Below, in pieces: positions 1 through 10,404 of a stretch of 32,000 nucleotides of DNA (within the stretch, counting starts at the first letter, position 1; every line of letters starts with the position of its first letter). The DNA comes from Vibrio vulnificus CMCP6 (GTDB lineage Bacteria > Pseudomonadota > Gammaproteobacteria > Enterobacterales > Vibrionaceae), in assembly GCF_000039765.1 (NCBI RefSeq), contig NC_004459.3, positions 3,076,104 through 3,108,103 of the forward strand, written 5' to 3'. Under the pieces are notes generated by a model. The model saw only the letters and a program-made list of their open reading frames with translations. It ran no database searches and had not been told where the DNA came from. The position numbers and the translations under genes are program-made.

Positions 1-741
1 GTAGTTCGCCTGATGTGGAACTAACCAATCCAACTCAGATTTATGCATGCCGTTCGCTTCTAGAGTATCTTTCACCAGTTTCGATAACTGAGTCACCGCT
101 ACTTTGAATACTTCGTTACCCGCCATGTGTAACCATTTGTCGGCATCTTTGCCGCGCTCAGGTACTTCTAAGCTAAGAAGATCACCAAACTCACCATCCG
201 CGTAGATGTGAGTAGACAGAATACCCGGCTCTTCGCTTGCTCCAACAACCACAGCACCTGCACCATCACCGAATAAGATAATGGTCGAGCGGTCCGTTGG
301 ATCGCAAGTTTTCGATAAAGTGTCAGAACCAATAACCAGTACGTTTTTACACATACCCGTTTTAATATGTTGATCAGCAATAGAAAGTGCGTAGACAAAG
401 CCAGAGCACGCAGCAGCTCGAGCGAATGCAGGACAACCTTTGATGCCAAGCTTTGCCTGCACCTGACATGCAGATGAAGGAAAAGTATGGCTTCCACTTG
501 TCGTCGCGACGATGATCAGGTCAATATCATTTTTGTCGATACCTGCCATCTCAATCGCGTTTTGAGCCGCATAAAAACCCATATCAGCTACCGTTTCATT
601 TTCAGCAGCAATACGACGCTCTTTAATACCAGTTCGGGCAACAATCCACTCATCACTTGTCTCTACCATTTTCTCTAGATCGGCATTGGTGCGGATCTGA
701 GATGGCAGGTAGCTGCCAGTACCTAAAATTTTGCTATACAT
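1..741 (-). CDS. fabH: 3-oxoacyl-ACP synthase III (FabH), first 247 codons; 3' end lies beyond the window start
   Basis: The minus-strand frame is open from the ATG at 741 to the window edge, so it has no stop and is absent from the ORF track. My translation is [33 protein letters not shown]... The active-site context [23 protein letters not shown] (about 360-440) is FabH-like. It lies 5 nt downstream of plsX, as in the E. coli yceD-rpmF-plsX-fabH cluster. Confidence 0.93.
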   Translation of the reverse strand, partial: MYSKILGTGSYLPSQIRTNADLEKMVETSDEWIVARTGIKERRIAAENETVADMGFYAAQNAIEMAGIDKNDIDLIIVATTSGSHTFPSSACQVQAKLGIKGCPAFARAAACSGFVYALSIADQHIKTGMCKNVLVIGSDTLSKTCDPTDRSTIILFGDGAGAVVVGASEEPGILSTHIYADGEFGDLLSLEVPERGKDADKWLHMAGNEVFKVAVTQLSKLVKDTLEANGMHKSELDWLVPHQANY

Positions 742-746
742 GAAGA

Positions 747-1772
747 CTAATAATGCCTCTCGAGTAAAACCGCTTCCAAACGATCGCTTATACGGCTTGG
801 TACTTGTCGTTTGACCTCGTGTACCGCCTCACCAATCGCATTAACTAAGGCAGATACATCAGCACTTCCATGACTTTTTATGACAATGCCGCGCAATCCT
901 AGCAAACTTGCGCCGTTATACTGGTCGGGGTTCAGTGTTTTTAGTTCATTAAATAGCTCAGAAAACAATATTCTGGCTATCCAACCCTTTATCGACGAAG
1001 CCATCATGCTGGTTTTTATTTTTTCGATAAACAGCTGCGCAGTTCCTTCGCTGGCTTTTAGGCAGACGTTGCCAACAAATCCATCGCATACAATCACGTC
1101 TGCTGCGTTTTTTAAGATTTGGTTTCCTTCAATGTAGCCGACAAAGTGAACCGCTTGCGTTTGCGATAGCAGTTCAGCGCAACGCTTCACCAAATCATTG
1201 CCTTTCGTTTCTTCTTCACCCACGTTCAACACCGCGACTCTTGGAGCACGGTTTAAGTGCTCTTCAGCAAGCGCAGAGCCCATGACAGCAAACTGAAATA
1301 AGGTATCCGCATCACACGAAACATTGGCACCAAGATCCAACATCCAACTGCGACCACCCGTTACGGTTGGTAAAGCGGAGATCAATGCAGGTCGGTCGAT
1401 TCCCGGCAGCAATTTGAGAATAAAACGAGAAAGCGCCATGAGTGCGCCGGTGTTGCCACCACTGACGCATGCATCTGCGGTTGAGTCCGCAACAAGCTCG
1501 ATTGCGTGTCGCATTGAACTGCCTTGGCTGTTGCGCAAAGCTAAAGAAGGCTTTTCGGAATTAGAAATCATTCGATCACAATGCTGAACGCTCAGACGAG
1601 CATCAGGTTTGTAACCTAATAAGGAAAGTTGGGACGTGATCTGTTGTTGATCACCTGTAAGAATCACTTTTAGCTCTGGGAAATGAGACAGTGCCTGCAC
1701 GGCGGCAGGCACTGTGACGCGTGGACCGAAATCCCCGCCCATTGCATCAAGTGCAACGGTAATACTTTGCAA
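747..1772 (-). CDS. plsX: Phosphate acyltransferase PlsX
   Basis: The ORF-track protein carries the PlsX N-terminal signature [21 protein letters not shown]. The track's GTG start at 1808 would overlap rpmF by 26 nt. An in-frame TTG at 1772 gives [14 protein letters not shown]..., lies 10 nt past the rpmF stop, and is my preferred start. Confidence 0.9.
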   Translation of the reverse strand: MQSITVALDAMGGDFGPRVTVPAAVQALSHFPELKVILTGDQQQITSQLSLLGYKPDARLSVQHCDRMISNSEKPSLALRNSQGSSMRHAIELVADSTADACVSGGNTGALMALSRFILKLLPGIDRPALISALPTVTGGRSWMLDLGANVSCDADTLFQFAVMGSALAEEHLNRAPRVAVLNVGEEETKGNDLVKRCAELLSQTQAVHFVGYIEGNQILKNAADVIVCDGFVGNVCLKASEGTAQLFIEKIKTSMMASSIKGWIARILFSELFNELKTLNPDQYNGASLLGLRGIVIKSHGSADVSALVNAIGEAVHEVKRQVPSRISDRLEAVLLERHY

Positions 1773-1782
1773 AGGGTCAACC

Positions 1783-1953
1783 TTACTTGTTGATAACCTT
1801 TTTGCCACGGTAGTAACCTTCAGCGGTTACGTTGTGACGTAGGTGAGTTTCACCTGAAGTCGCGTCTACAGATAGTGCAGCTGTAGTTAGCGCATCGTGT
1901 GAACGACGCATGCCACGCTTAGAACGTGTCTTACGGTTTTGTTGTACGGCCAT
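1783..1953 (-). CDS. rpmF: 50S ribosomal protein L32
   Basis: This 56-codon ORF is too short for the ORF track. My translation is [56 protein letters not shown], a typical L32. It lies between yceD and plsX. Confidence 0.95.
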   Translation of the reverse strand: MAVQQNRKTRSKRGMRRSHDALTTAALSVDATSGETHLRHNVTAEGYYRGKKVINK

Positions 1954-1988
1954 TGACCCTACTCCTATGTTATGGTTCAGCTTAAAGC

Positions 1989-2513
1989 TTAGCGCTTTAG
2001 GCTTTTTAAAACGTCGAACGGATTTGGTTTTGTTTCCTCAATTTCTTCAGGAATCTCACCAAAAACCATGTTATTTGAATCAACGCTGCAATCCGCTTCG
2101 TCATGCATTGCAATTTGAGGTAACTCTAAGATGAACTCATCTTCAACAAGTTGAATAAGGTCGACTTCGCCATATTCGTTAAGATCTACCAAATCGTAAC
2201 ATTCTGGGGCATCTTGCTCACTTTTCTCACTGTAGTAAGGAGTATAAGTGAACTCTACTTCACACAGATGCGTGAAGGTCTCATTACAACGTTGACATTC
2301 TAAACCGACTTCGATGTTAGCTTTACCAGAGATAACAACAAGTCGCTGTTCATCTATCTCAAATGACAAATAGACTTCTGCGTCGCGTTTTACGCCTTCG
2401 GTCATTTCAGCTAGACGCTTAAACAGACTGGCTTGGATGATGCCATCGTAATCCAATCTCTTCTGCGCGGCTTTGGCTGGATCCACCGTTCGCGGTATTT
2501 TTACCTTTTGCAT
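1989..2513 (-). CDS. yceD: YceD/DUF177 family protein (large-subunit rRNA accumulation protein)
   Basis: A 174-aa ORF with an ATG start, immediately upstream of rpmF. It has the Cys pair CQRC...C..E and an acidic C-terminus, as expected for YceD. The synteny is conserved. Confidence 0.88.
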   Translation of the reverse strand: MQKVKIPRTVDPAKAAQKRLDYDGIIQASLFKRLAEMTEGVKRDAEVYLSFEIDEQRLVVISGKANIEVGLECQRCNETFTHLCEVEFTYTPYYSEKSEQDAPECYDLVDLNEYGEVDLIQLVEDEFILELPQIAMHDEADCSVDSNNMVFGEIPEEIEETKPNPFDVLKSLKR

Positions 2514-2662
2514 AGGGCGCGAATATTATCTTCCAAAAAGAATTTAGTCAAAGGAAAAGGCAAAAAAGTTGTACTTTTTTGCGCTTGTTATACAGAGCAT
2601 TAGCATGCTCCAACGGGAATCCGTTATGCTATGAAGAATGCTCCGTCAAATTGTAAGCCAAA

Positions 2663-3247
2663 ATGGAAAATTACCAACTAGTTTTAGCGTCTACCTCACC
2701 ATTTCGTCAGCAACTGCTGGAAAAACTGGCAATTCCTTTTTCAACTCTCTCTCCAAACTGCGATGAGACCCCACTGGAAGGTGAGTCCCCACAACAGTTG
2801 GTCTTGAGACTTGCCGAAAGCAAAGCGCAATCCTGTCAAATCAATCAACCAAGCTTGGTGATAGGCAGCGATCAAGTGTGTGTTATTAACGGTAACATTG
2901 TTGGTAAACCTCATAATCGACAAAATGCCATCGCACAACTGACCGCTCAAAGTGGCCAATCCATTGTGTTTTATACCGGCTTGGCGGTTTACAACAGCGA
3001 AACCGGAGAAACACGCTCTTGTATTGATGAGTTCAAAGTGCATTTTCGCCCACTGACTCAAGCACAAATTGTACGCTATGTGGATAAGGAGCAGCCATTC
3101 TACTGTGCCGGCAGTTTCAAAAGCGAAGGATTAGGAATTGCTTTGTTTGAGAAGTTGGAAGGCAAAGACCCCAATACCTTAGTTGGCCTACCCTTAATCG
3201 ACCTCATTGACTTACTGGCTCAACAAGGCATGCAGGTTTTGGGTTGA
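2663..3247 (+). CDS. yceF: Maf-like nucleoside triphosphate pyrophosphatase (YceF type)
   Basis: A 194-aa ORF with [52 protein letters not shown]. It is near-colinear with my memory of E. coli YceF and divergent from yceD, as in E. coli. Confidence 0.9.
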   Translation: MENYQLVLASTSPFRQQLLEKLAIPFSTLSPNCDETPLEGESPQQLVLRLAESKAQSCQINQPSLVIGSDQVCVINGNIVGKPHNRQNAIAQLTAQSGQSIVFYTGLAVYNSETGETRSCIDEFKVHFRPLTQAQIVRYVDKEQPFYCAGSFKSEGLGIALFEKLEGKDPNTLVGLPLIDLIDLLAQQGMQVLG

Positions 3248-3250
3248 TAC

Positions 3251-3282
3251 AAAAAAGGGATGATTCACTCATCCCTTTTTTC
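3251..3282. terminator. Bidirectional rho-independent terminator between yceF and rluC
   Basis: The sequence is aaaaaaGGGATGAttcacTCATCCCtttttt. A 7-bp GC-containing stem is flanked by an A-run and a T-run, and it sits between two convergent stop codons. Confidence 0.85.
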
Positions 3283-3283
3283 C

Positions 3284-4231
3284 TTATCGACTGGTTCGCA
3301 ATGATTGAACGACCTTTTCCAACTGCTCACCCATCGGCGCGTTGATTTCCATTGGTTGTTCTGTCGCCGGATGTGTAAAACGAATATTGGCGGCGTGAAG
3401 GAACAAACGGTTCAGTCCATGCTGAGCGGTATAAGCATCGAAACGTCGATCACCGTATCGGTCATCCCAGGCAATTGGATGACCACTGTATTGTGTGTGC
3501 ACTCGGATTTGGTGTGTGCGCCCCGTAATTGGGCTGGCTTGCACTAGGGTTGCCTGTGGAAACTTTTCAATCACTTTGAAACGCGTTTCTGATGGCTTAC
3601 CGTTTGGATTGACGCGCACAATGCTGTTCACTTCGTTTTTCAGTAATGGGGCGTTAACCACTTTACAGCTGTTTTTCCACTCTCCCATCACCAGTGCAAA
3701 ATAGTATTTCTGTACTGTTTTCTCGCGAAACTGCGCTTGCAAATGACGCAGAGCTGACCGTTTTTTCGCCACCAAAAGAATACCAGAGGTATCACGGTCG
3801 ATGCGATGCACTAGTTCAAGAAAGCGCGCTTCTGGTCGCAGTGCACGTAGCGCTTCGATAGCACCAAACTTGAGACCACTTCCACCGTGGACGGCGGTAC
3901 CTGACGGCTTATTTAACACCAACAGATGATCGTCTTCATAAATGATCAAATCTTGCAATTCAGCGACTTTGTTTAGTTTCGTACTCGGTGCCGTTTCAGG
4001 ATCTTTTTTCTCAAGTGTTACCGGTGGAATGCGAACAACATCACCAGCAGCCAATTTATACTCGGCCTTAACTCGCTTTTTGTTTACGCGCACTTCTCCC
4101 TTACGCACGATTCGATAAATCATGCTTTTCGGAACATCTTTCAGTTGGTTGCGTAGAAAATTATCAATACGCTGCCCTGCCATATCTTCATCAATATCGA
4201 CGATTTGGACTTTAGTTCTTATTTCATTCAT
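3284..4231 (-). CDS. rluC: 23S rRNA pseudouridine synthase RluC (RluA family, S4 domain N-terminal)
   Basis: A 315-aa ORF with an S4-like N-terminus (RIDNFLRNQL...), the catalytic motif HRIDRDTSG, and the GRTHQIRVH motif. It is divergent from rne, as in E. coli. Confidence 0.92.
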   Translation of the reverse strand: MNEIRTKVQIVDIDEDMAGQRIDNFLRNQLKDVPKSMIYRIVRKGEVRVNKKRVKAEYKLAAGDVVRIPPVTLEKKDPETAPSTKLNKVAELQDLIIYEDDHLLVLNKPSGTAVHGGSGLKFGAIEALRALRPEARFLELVHRIDRDTSGILLVAKKRSALRHLQAQFREKTVQKYYFALVMGEWKNSCKVVNAPLLKNEVNSIVRVNPNGKPSETRFKVIEKFPQATLVQASPITGRTHQIRVHTQYSGHPIAWDDRYGDRRFDAYTAQHGLNRLFLHAANIRFTHPATEQPMEINAPMGEQLEKVVQSLRTSR

Positions 4232-4888
4232 GGCGCTATTCTAAAGGTGAATTTGCTGGGCCTGCTGACTTGTTGTGATACAAGCATCGAGCAAGTCATT
4301 ATTATGGCAAACTTGTGCTATCTGTTCGCAAAGCCGCACATTTTAGCGGTTTTCCTTGACTAGGAAAACCGTAGAATTTTTGCTGACCGTGTAACAGAGC
4401 AGTTCAAAGTTACTCACAGGTTACTAATAACCCAATCGTTGTTTATTAAACAATCAGTTAGCGAACGCAAAATTGAATGAACACGAAAAAATTTCATCGT
4501 TTGCCGCAATGCTCGTTGCTGATATTAGCGTCCACTGCTATAGTTCACAGCTGCGAAGGTAGGTCTGGTTGAATTTTATGCAAAACCGACCATTTATCCA
4601 CAAGCAAATGAGTAGTTTGTTGGTGTTTGAATGCAGCAATTGGCGTAAGACATATCAAAACCGACATAACTGTCACGCTACTCATCGCACACTCATGTTG
4701 AGTAATTACCGATATTAATGCGGCTCACAGGCAATTTTTTGTTTGTGATGACTGACGTGCCCTTAGAGCATCCCCTTCCAGCCGGGAGGCTGCAACGCGT
4801 AAACCACGGGATCAGGCACCATGAGATAGCGATATTCAGTGACAGGTAATTAAAGACAATAAAAGATAAAGACAACGAGAAATTATCA
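4232..4888 (+). promoter_or_regulatory. rluC-rne divergent promoter region plus a long untranslated rne leader (candidate autoregulatory 5' UTR)
   Basis: The 657-nt gap has no credible ORF. E. coli rne has a leader of roughly 360 nt that mediates RNase E autoregulation. Stem-loops are visible here, for example CGGTTTTCC-ttgacta-GGAAAACCG at 4347-4371. The transcription start and the extent of the leader are not determinable from sequence alone. Confidence 0.45.
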
Positions 4889-7800
4889 ATGAAAAGAATG
4901 TTGATTAACGCAACTCAAAAAGAAGAGTTGCGTGTCGCTTTGGTTGATGGCCAGCGACTTTACGATCTAGATATCGAAAGTCCTGGACATGAGTCAAAAA
5001 AAGCAAATATCTATAAAGGACGTATTACCCGTGTTGAACCTAGCTTGGAAGCTGCATTTGTAGATTACGGTGCTGAGCGTCACGGTTTCCTTCCTCTAAA
5101 AGAAATTGCCAAAGAATACTTCCCAGATGGTTACTCTTACCAAGGTCGCCCAAGCATCAAAGAGGTGCTGACTGAAGGTCAAGAAGTCATCGTTCAAATC
5201 GAAAAAGAAGAACGTGGTAGCAAAGGTGCAGCACTGACCACCTTTATTTCCCTCGCGGGTAGTTACTTAGTTCTTATGCCAAACAACCCACGTGCTGGCG
5301 GTATTTCCCGTCGTATCGAAGGGGATGAGCGCACCGAATTAAAATCTGCATTAAGCACACTGGAACTGCCGCAAGGTATGGGTCTTATCGTGCGTACGGC
5401 AGGTGTTGGTAAGAGCGCTGAAGAGCTAGAGTGGGATTTAAACGTTCTGCTTAAGCACTGGGCCGCCATCAAAGATGCTTCTGAATCCAACCCAGCACCT
5501 TTCTTGATTCATCAAGAAAGTAACGTCATCGTTCGTGCGATACGCGACTATCTACGCCGTGACATTGGTGAAATCCTTATTGATAGCAACACCATCTATG
5601 AACGTGCCAAAGAACACATTCAGTTGGTTCGCCCAGATTTTGTTAATCGCGTGAAGAAGTATGACGGTGAAGTGCCACTGTTTAGCCACTACCAAATTGA
5701 AAGCCAAATCGAATCGGCTTTCCAACGTGAAGTGCGTCTGCCTTCCGGTGGCTCTATCGTTATCGACCCAACAGAAGCACTGACGTCTATCGATATCAAC
5801 TCTGCTCGCGCGACAAAGGGCGGCGATATCGAAGAAACCGCACTGAACACCAACTTAGAAGCTGCAGACGAAATCGCTCGCCAGTTGCGTCTTCGTGACC
5901 TTGGTGGTCTTGTGGTGATCGACTTCATCGATATGACCCCAGTACGCCATCAACGTGAGGTAGAAAACCGTCTGCGTGAAGCCGTTCGTCTCGATCGCGC
6001 TCGCGTTCAAATTGGTCGTATTTCTCGCTTTGGTCTATTAGAGATGTCTCGTCAACGCTTGAGCCCTTCTCTTGCAGAAGCAAGTCATCATATCTGTCCT
6101 CGTTGTAGTGGTACAGGTGTGGTTCGCGATAACGAATCTCTTGCGCTTTCTGTTCTTCGTCTTATCGAAGAAGAAGCACTGAAAGACAACACTGCACAAG
6201 TATTGGCTGTTGTGCCAGTGCCTATCGCCTCTTACCTTCTTAATGAAAAACGTCGCTCTGTGAACCACATTGAACGTATTCAAGAAGTGAAGATCACCGT
6301 TGTTCCAAACTCGGATATGGAAACGCCGCATTTCGAAGTGATTCGTGTGCGTGAAGGTGAAGAAGTGGATCTGCTTTCTTACCTGCTACCGAAGAAACTC
6401 GAAGCAATGAAAGAAGCGGAAGGCAAAGAGAGCCCAGAGACTGAATACAAACCGAAGAAAATCGAAGAGCCGGTGCTTAAAGGTTTTGCTTCTCCAGCTC
6501 AATCTGTACCAGCACCTGCGCCAAAAGCAGCAGTTGCTAAAGTGGCAAATGAAAAACCACAGGCAGAAGAGAAACCAGGTTTGTTTGGTCGCTTAATCAA
6601 AGCATTGGGTAGCTTCTTATTCGGTTCTGCTGAAGAAAAAGTAGAAGCAGAGAAGACCGAACGCAAAGATGAGCGTGAGAAAGGCAACCGTCGTCAAAAA
6701 CGTGACCGTAACGATCGTCGTCGTAATAACCGCGACAACAACCGTGAAAACAATCGTGACCGTGATGGCAAACGTCGTCAGCGCAATCGTGATGAAAACG
6801 TCGTTGAGACTCAGGATGAAGCAATCAAACCACGTTCTCAGCAAAAGCGTAAGCAAAGACCTGCTCAAAACAAAGCAGACAATGCAGTAGAGAGCAAAGC
6901 AAACGCGAAAGTGGCAGAGAAAGGCCTACAGCTTGCTGCTGAAGCACAAGGTGCGTCGAAGCAAGAAGGTCAGAAAACGCCAAGCAAAGCGGAGAAAGTG
7001 AAAGAGCGCCGTCAGCGCCGTAAACTCAACAAACCTGTTCGCGTGAAAGATCAGCTAGAACAAGCTGAAGAAACGCTTATGGATGCAGCTCCGGTCGTTG
7101 AAGCAGAAACCTTTAACAAGCAAAACACACCTGCATCTGAGAAAGCAGAGAAAGTGGTTGCTGACACTGTCGATGCAATGGACAACAGCGAAAACGAAGA
7201 AAAACCACGTCGTAATCGTCGTTCTCCTCGTCATCTACGTGCAAGTGGACAACGTCGTCGTCGCGGTCGTGATCGTCGCCCTAACCCATTCCGCCTACGT
7301 AAAGGTGGGGTTGCTTCTCCAGAAATGGCCATGGGTAAAGTGATGCCTCGTTACATTCCAAAACCAGTTGCTAAGAAAGAAGAGATGGTTAAGGAAGAGG
7401 TTGTAACAGCCGTTACTGCAGTACCTGCAATGCAAGGTGGCGTCGCATGTCCAGAAATGGCGATGGGTAAAGTGATCATCCGTCGCGATATCACCGCTGC
7501 TCAAACACCGACTGAAACGAAACCAAAACGTTCTAAATCTCGTAACAACAAGCCAGCGAAAGCAGCCGTTGTTGAAGTGGTTACTGAAGAACCAACGGTA
7601 GAGAACGCGGTTGTAGCAACGATTCAAGAAACTGATGTTCAGAAAATCGAGCCTCAAGTTGAAAGTGTTTCGCAACCAGTAGAACAGGTTTCTGTAGAAA
7701 CTACAGAAGTGGTGGCAGAAATCGTTGAAACTACTGAGGTTGTCGCTGAGGTGGAAAGCGCAACGGAAACAGTTGCAAACGAAACTGAAGCAACTGTGGC

Positions 7801-7999
7801 AGTAGTCGAAAGCTCTATCAAGGTAATTAAAGCGCAAGCTTCAGCACCGATGACTAAGGCACCTGGCCCTCAAGAGCTTATTGAGATCCAAGTTGTCGCG
7901 GCACCATTTAAAGCAGAGCGCTATGCACAGCGTGGTGCGGGTAGCCAAGTGGCGACAAGTCAAGCCTCAGCGGCAATGACAAAGCCAGAAATGGTGTAA
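4889..7999 (+). CDS. rne: Ribonuclease E
   Basis: A 1036-aa ORF. The N-terminal catalytic half begins [30 protein letters not shown], contains an S1 domain, and has the CPRCSGTG zinc link. It is followed by an amphipathic membrane-targeting segment [17 protein letters not shown] (6578-6628), Arg-rich RNA-binding segments, and an acidic Val/Glu-rich tail. Confidence 0.98.
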   Translation: MKRMLINATQKEELRVALVDGQRLYDLDIESPGHESKKANIYKGRITRVEPSLEAAFVDYGAERHGFLPLKEIAKEYFPDGYSYQGRPSIKEVLTEGQEVIVQIEKEERGSKGAALTTFISLAGSYLVLMPNNPRAGGISRRIEGDERTELKSALSTLELPQGMGLIVRTAGVGKSAEELEWDLNVLLKHWAAIKDASESNPAPFLIHQESNVIVRAIRDYLRRDIGEILIDSNTIYERAKEHIQLVRPDFVNRVKKYDGEVPLFSHYQIESQIESAFQREVRLPSGGSIVIDPTEALTSIDINSARATKGGDIEETALNTNLEAADEIARQLRLRDLGGLVVIDFIDMTPVRHQREVENRLREAVRLDRARVQIGRISRFGLLEMSRQRLSPSLAEASHHICPRCSGTGVVRDNESLALSVLRLIEEEALKDNTAQVLAVVPVPIASYLLNEKRRSVNHIERIQEVKITVVPNSDMETPHFEVIRVREGEEVDLLSYLLPKKLEAMKEAEGKESPETEYKPKKIEEPVLKGFASPAQSVPAPAPKAAVAKVANEKPQAEEKPGLFGRLIKALGSFLFGSAEEKVEAEKTERKDEREKGNRRQKRDRNDRRRNNRDNNRENNRDRDGKRRQRNRDENVVETQDEAIKPRSQQKRKQRPAQNKADNAVESKANAKVAEKGLQLAAEAQGASKQEGQKTPSKAEKVKERRQRRKLNKPVRVKDQLEQAEETLMDAAPVVEAETFNKQNTPASEKAEKVVADTVDAMDNSENEEKPRRNRRSPRHLRASGQRRRRGRDRRPNPFRLRKGGVASPEMAMGKVMPRYIPKPVAKKEEMVKEEVVTAVTAVPAMQGGVACPEMAMGKVIIRRDITAAQTPTETKPKRSKSRNNKPAKAAVVEVVTEEPTVENAVVATIQETDVQKIEPQVESVSQPVEQVSVETTEVVAEIVETTEVVAEVESATETVANETEATVAVVESSIKVIKAQASAPMTKAPGPQELIEIQVVAAPFKAERYAQRGAGSQVATSQASAAMTKPEMV

Positions 8000-8020
8000 C
8001 GCTTTAAGCTAAATAAACAA

Positions 8021-8046
8021 GGGCCATCTTCGGATGGCCCTTTTTA
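8021..8046 (+). terminator. rne rho-independent terminator
   Basis: GGGCCATCttcgGATGGCCC followed by TTTTT, beginning 22 nt after the rne stop. Confidence 0.9.
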
Positions 8047-8259
8047 TTGCTTGTAAATATCCATTCATCGTCCTAATCATTATTGAACTTAATCACACTT
8101 TTCTGTAGCATCTTGCGACTCAGCTTTTCGGCACGGGTGCAAACAAGCTCTTTTTTCCTCAATCAGCGAATCTCAATCGCGGATCAAGGATAGGTTTCAG
8201 TTTTAATGCTTTGCGAACTTGTGTCGGGTAAATTCATTTAACGATATTAGCCAAAACAC

Positions 8260-9819
8260 ATGTTCGAATTTCCTCAATTTTCAAAGCACTCAGTAAAAAA
8301 TGATGTGCTCTCCGGGCTCACCGTTGCGCTTGCACTGGTGCCAGAAGCCGTTGCTTTTGCCTTCGTTGCTGGCGTTGACCCTATGGTTGGCCTCTACGCA
8401 GCCTTTATTGTTGGTTTAGTCACTTCGATTTTCGGCGGACGCCCAGGTATGATTTCCGGCGCAACAGGCGCAATGGCGGTTGTCATGGTTTCGCTCGTTT
8501 CTTCACATGGTGTTCAGTATCTGTTTGCCGCTATTATGCTCGCAGGTATTTTGCAGATTGCTGCTGGTCTATTTAAACTCGGTAAGTTTATCCGTATCGT
8601 GCCCCACCCAGTTATGATCGGCTTCGTCAATGGTCTCGCGATCGTGATTTTCCTCGCGCAACTCGGTCAGTTTAAAATGGCAGATGCAGCAGGTGGACTC
8701 ACTTGGTTACCTCAAGATCAGATGTTGCTTATGTTAGGCCTTGTGGCGCTTACTATGGCCATCATCCACTTCTTACCGAAACTAACCACGGCCGTTCCTT
8801 CGTCTCTTGTTGCCATCGTGACGGTAACAGGCTTAGTGATTGGCTTTGATCTTGAGACTCGCACGGTGGTGGATTTCCTACGCACCATGTCAGGAGACGA
8901 AGGCGCCACTCTCGCGGGTAGCCTGCCGACCTTTGCTTTACCTATGGTTCCTTTTGATCTGGAAACCTTACAAATCATCTTCCCATACGCGGTGATTCTT
9001 GCGGCTATTGGTTTGATTGAATCACTATTAACACTCACCGTGCTGGACGAAATGACCAACACCCGTGGTCAGTCAAACCGCGAATGTATCGGTCAGGGTA
9101 TGGCAAACATGACCTGTTCTGTCTTCGGAGCAATGGGTGGATGTGCGATGATTGGTCAATCGATGATCAACGTCAATTCTGGTGGCCGAGGCCGTCTGTC
9201 AGGCATCGTTGCTGCTGTGGCGCTGCTGATGTTTATCTTGTTTGCTGCCGCACTGATTGAAATGATCCCTCTTGCTGCACTCGTTGGGGTAATGTTTATG
9301 GTGGTAATCGGTACCTTCGAATGGGCCACCTTCAAGCTGGCACGCCGCGTACCTAAGCAAGACTTCTTTGTGATCGTGCTCGTGACGGTCGTAACGGTGA
9401 TGACAGACCTAGCGGTGGCAGTTGCGGTTGGCGTGATCGCTTCAGCGCTGATGTTTGCTTGGAACCATGCTAAGCACATTTACACAGATACCCGTATTAA
9501 CGAGGAAGGTTCTAAAGAGTACAAGATCCACGGTCCTATTTTCTTTGGTTCAACGGCTAATTTCCTTGAACTATTCAACGCGCAGCAAGACCCAAGCGAT
9601 GTCATCGTTGACTTTGCCGATTCTCGTGTTACCGATCACTCGGCAATCGAAGCGATCGAAACATTGGCCGAACGATACTCTGCCGTTGGCAAAACGCTGC
9701 ACCTACGTCATTTGAGTCCAGATTGCCGTAAGTTGCTTGATAAGGCGGGAAGTTTGGTCGAGATTAACGTCAAAGAAGATCCAAGCTATAAAGTCGCGAC
9801 CGACGTACTCGCGGGATAA
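8260..9819 (+). CDS. SulP-family inorganic anion transporter with C-terminal STAS domain
   Basis: A 519-aa polytopic membrane ORF. The N-terminal [25 protein letters not shown] is a SulP signature. The C-terminal soluble segment [15 protein letters not shown]...[11 protein letters not shown] is STAS-like. No obvious Shine-Dalgarno precedes the ATG. Confidence 0.88.
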   Translation: MFEFPQFSKHSVKNDVLSGLTVALALVPEAVAFAFVAGVDPMVGLYAAFIVGLVTSIFGGRPGMISGATGAMAVVMVSLVSSHGVQYLFAAIMLAGILQIAAGLFKLGKFIRIVPHPVMIGFVNGLAIVIFLAQLGQFKMADAAGGLTWLPQDQMLLMLGLVALTMAIIHFLPKLTTAVPSSLVAIVTVTGLVIGFDLETRTVVDFLRTMSGDEGATLAGSLPTFALPMVPFDLETLQIIFPYAVILAAIGLIESLLTLTVLDEMTNTRGQSNRECIGQGMANMTCSVFGAMGGCAMIGQSMINVNSGGRGRLSGIVAAVALLMFILFAAALIEMIPLAALVGVMFMVVIGTFEWATFKLARRVPKQDFFVIVLVTVVTVMTDLAVAVAVGVIASALMFAWNHAKHIYTDTRINEEGSKEYKIHGPIFFGSTANFLELFNAQQDPSDVIVDFADSRVTDHSAIEAIETLAERYSAVGKTLHLRHLSPDCRKLLDKAGSLVEINVKEDPSYKVATDVLAG

Positions 9820-9826
9820 TCACTTT

Positions 9827-9857
9827 GGGGGATGAACTCATGTCATCCCCTTTTTTG
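9827..9857 (+). terminator. SulP gene terminator
   Basis: GGGGATGAactcatgTCATCCCC followed by TTTTTT, beginning 8 nt after the stop. Confidence 0.85.
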
Positions 9858-9865
9858 TTGGGTCG

Positions 9866-10324
9866 TTAGTTCTTTGCAACGTTTTCAAGAATCGCTTCTG
9901 ACGCGGCTTCGATAAGATCCAGCACCAAATCAAACCCTTCCTCACCGCCGTAATAAGGATCAGGAATTTCATCCACATCCAACTCTGCATGGCTGAGAAA
10001 CAGTGATACTTTGTGACGATACTCCTTTGGGCAAATATCGAAAAGGTCAGCTAAGTTCGCTTTGTCTGCCGCTAGAATCATATCGAAATTAGCAAAATCT
10101 TCGGGGGTAACTTGACGCGAACGGATGCCACTAAAAGAGTAGCCACGTTGCTGCCCTGCCTGCATGGCCCGATGATCCGGTGTATTGCCTGCGTGGTAAC
10201 CTATCGTCCCAGCAGAATCCACTTCTACATCAATCCCCAGTTGCTGTGCTTTTGCTCTTAATACGGCCTCTCCTGTTGGGGAGCGACAAATGTTTCCCAT
10301 ACAGACAACCAAAATTTTCTTCAT
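9866..10324 (-). CDS. Low-molecular-weight protein-tyrosine phosphatase
   Basis: The active-site loop VCMGNICRSP lies near the N-terminus and a DPYYG motif near the C-terminus. The ORF track begins at 10366. The ATG at 10324 gives MKKILVVCMGNICRSP and is preceded by AGGGGA 5-6 nt upstream, so I prefer it (152 aa). Confidence 0.88.
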   Translation of the reverse strand: MKKILVVCMGNICRSPTGEAVLRAKAQQLGIDVEVDSAGTIGYHAGNTPDHRAMQAGQQRGYSFSGIRSRQVTPEDFANFDMILAADKANLADLFDICPKEYRHKVSLFLSHAELDVDEIPDPYYGGEEGFDLVLDLIEAASEAILENVAKN

Positions 10325-10404
10325 TCTATCCCCTGTAATATCAGTGGTTTTTCTTCCATTCGACATGGTCTATCATAGCCGCAAAATCGAAAAGCTGAAA
10401 AGGG

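Noticed and set aside
168-497. 109-aa minus-strand ORF from the ORF track
   Set aside because: It lies inside fabH on the same strand but in the wrong frame. The FabH frame, open from 741 to the window edge, gives an unmistakable FabH sequence, while this one is a leucine-rich shadow ORF.
2514-2662. AT-rich hairpin GCAAAAAAGTtgtACTTTTTTGC and palindrome GAGCATtagcATGCTC in the yceD / yceF divergent region
   Set aside because: They are real inverted repeats, but short and AT-rich, with no match to an operator I can name (for example FabR or FadR). They are probably ordinary promoter-region structure.
4693-4875. 60-aa minus-strand ORF just upstream of rne
   Set aside because: It sits in the probable rne leader or promoter region. 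It has no Shine-Dalgarno and is barely at the length cutoff. A gene there would run antisense to the rne 5' UTR.
6597-6890. Cluster of overlapping ORFs on both strands (75, 83 and 73 aa) inside rne
   Set aside because: They coincide with the repetitive CGT/AAC/GAC codon tract encoding the Arg/Asn/Asp-rich RNA-binding segment of RNase E. Low-complexity repeats keep alternative frames open. They have no Shine-Dalgarno and their products are implausible.
7295-7837. 180-aa antisense ORF within the rne C-terminal region
   Set aside because: It is the antisense shadow of the Val/Glu/Thr-rich scaffold region. The product is Phe/Cys/Asn-rich low complexity with no start context.
10325-10404. Looked for a cobalamin riboswitch upstream of cobO
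   Set aside because: Only about 80 nt separate the divergent start codons. That is too short for a B12 element of roughly 200 nt, and no B12-box-like sequence was seen.
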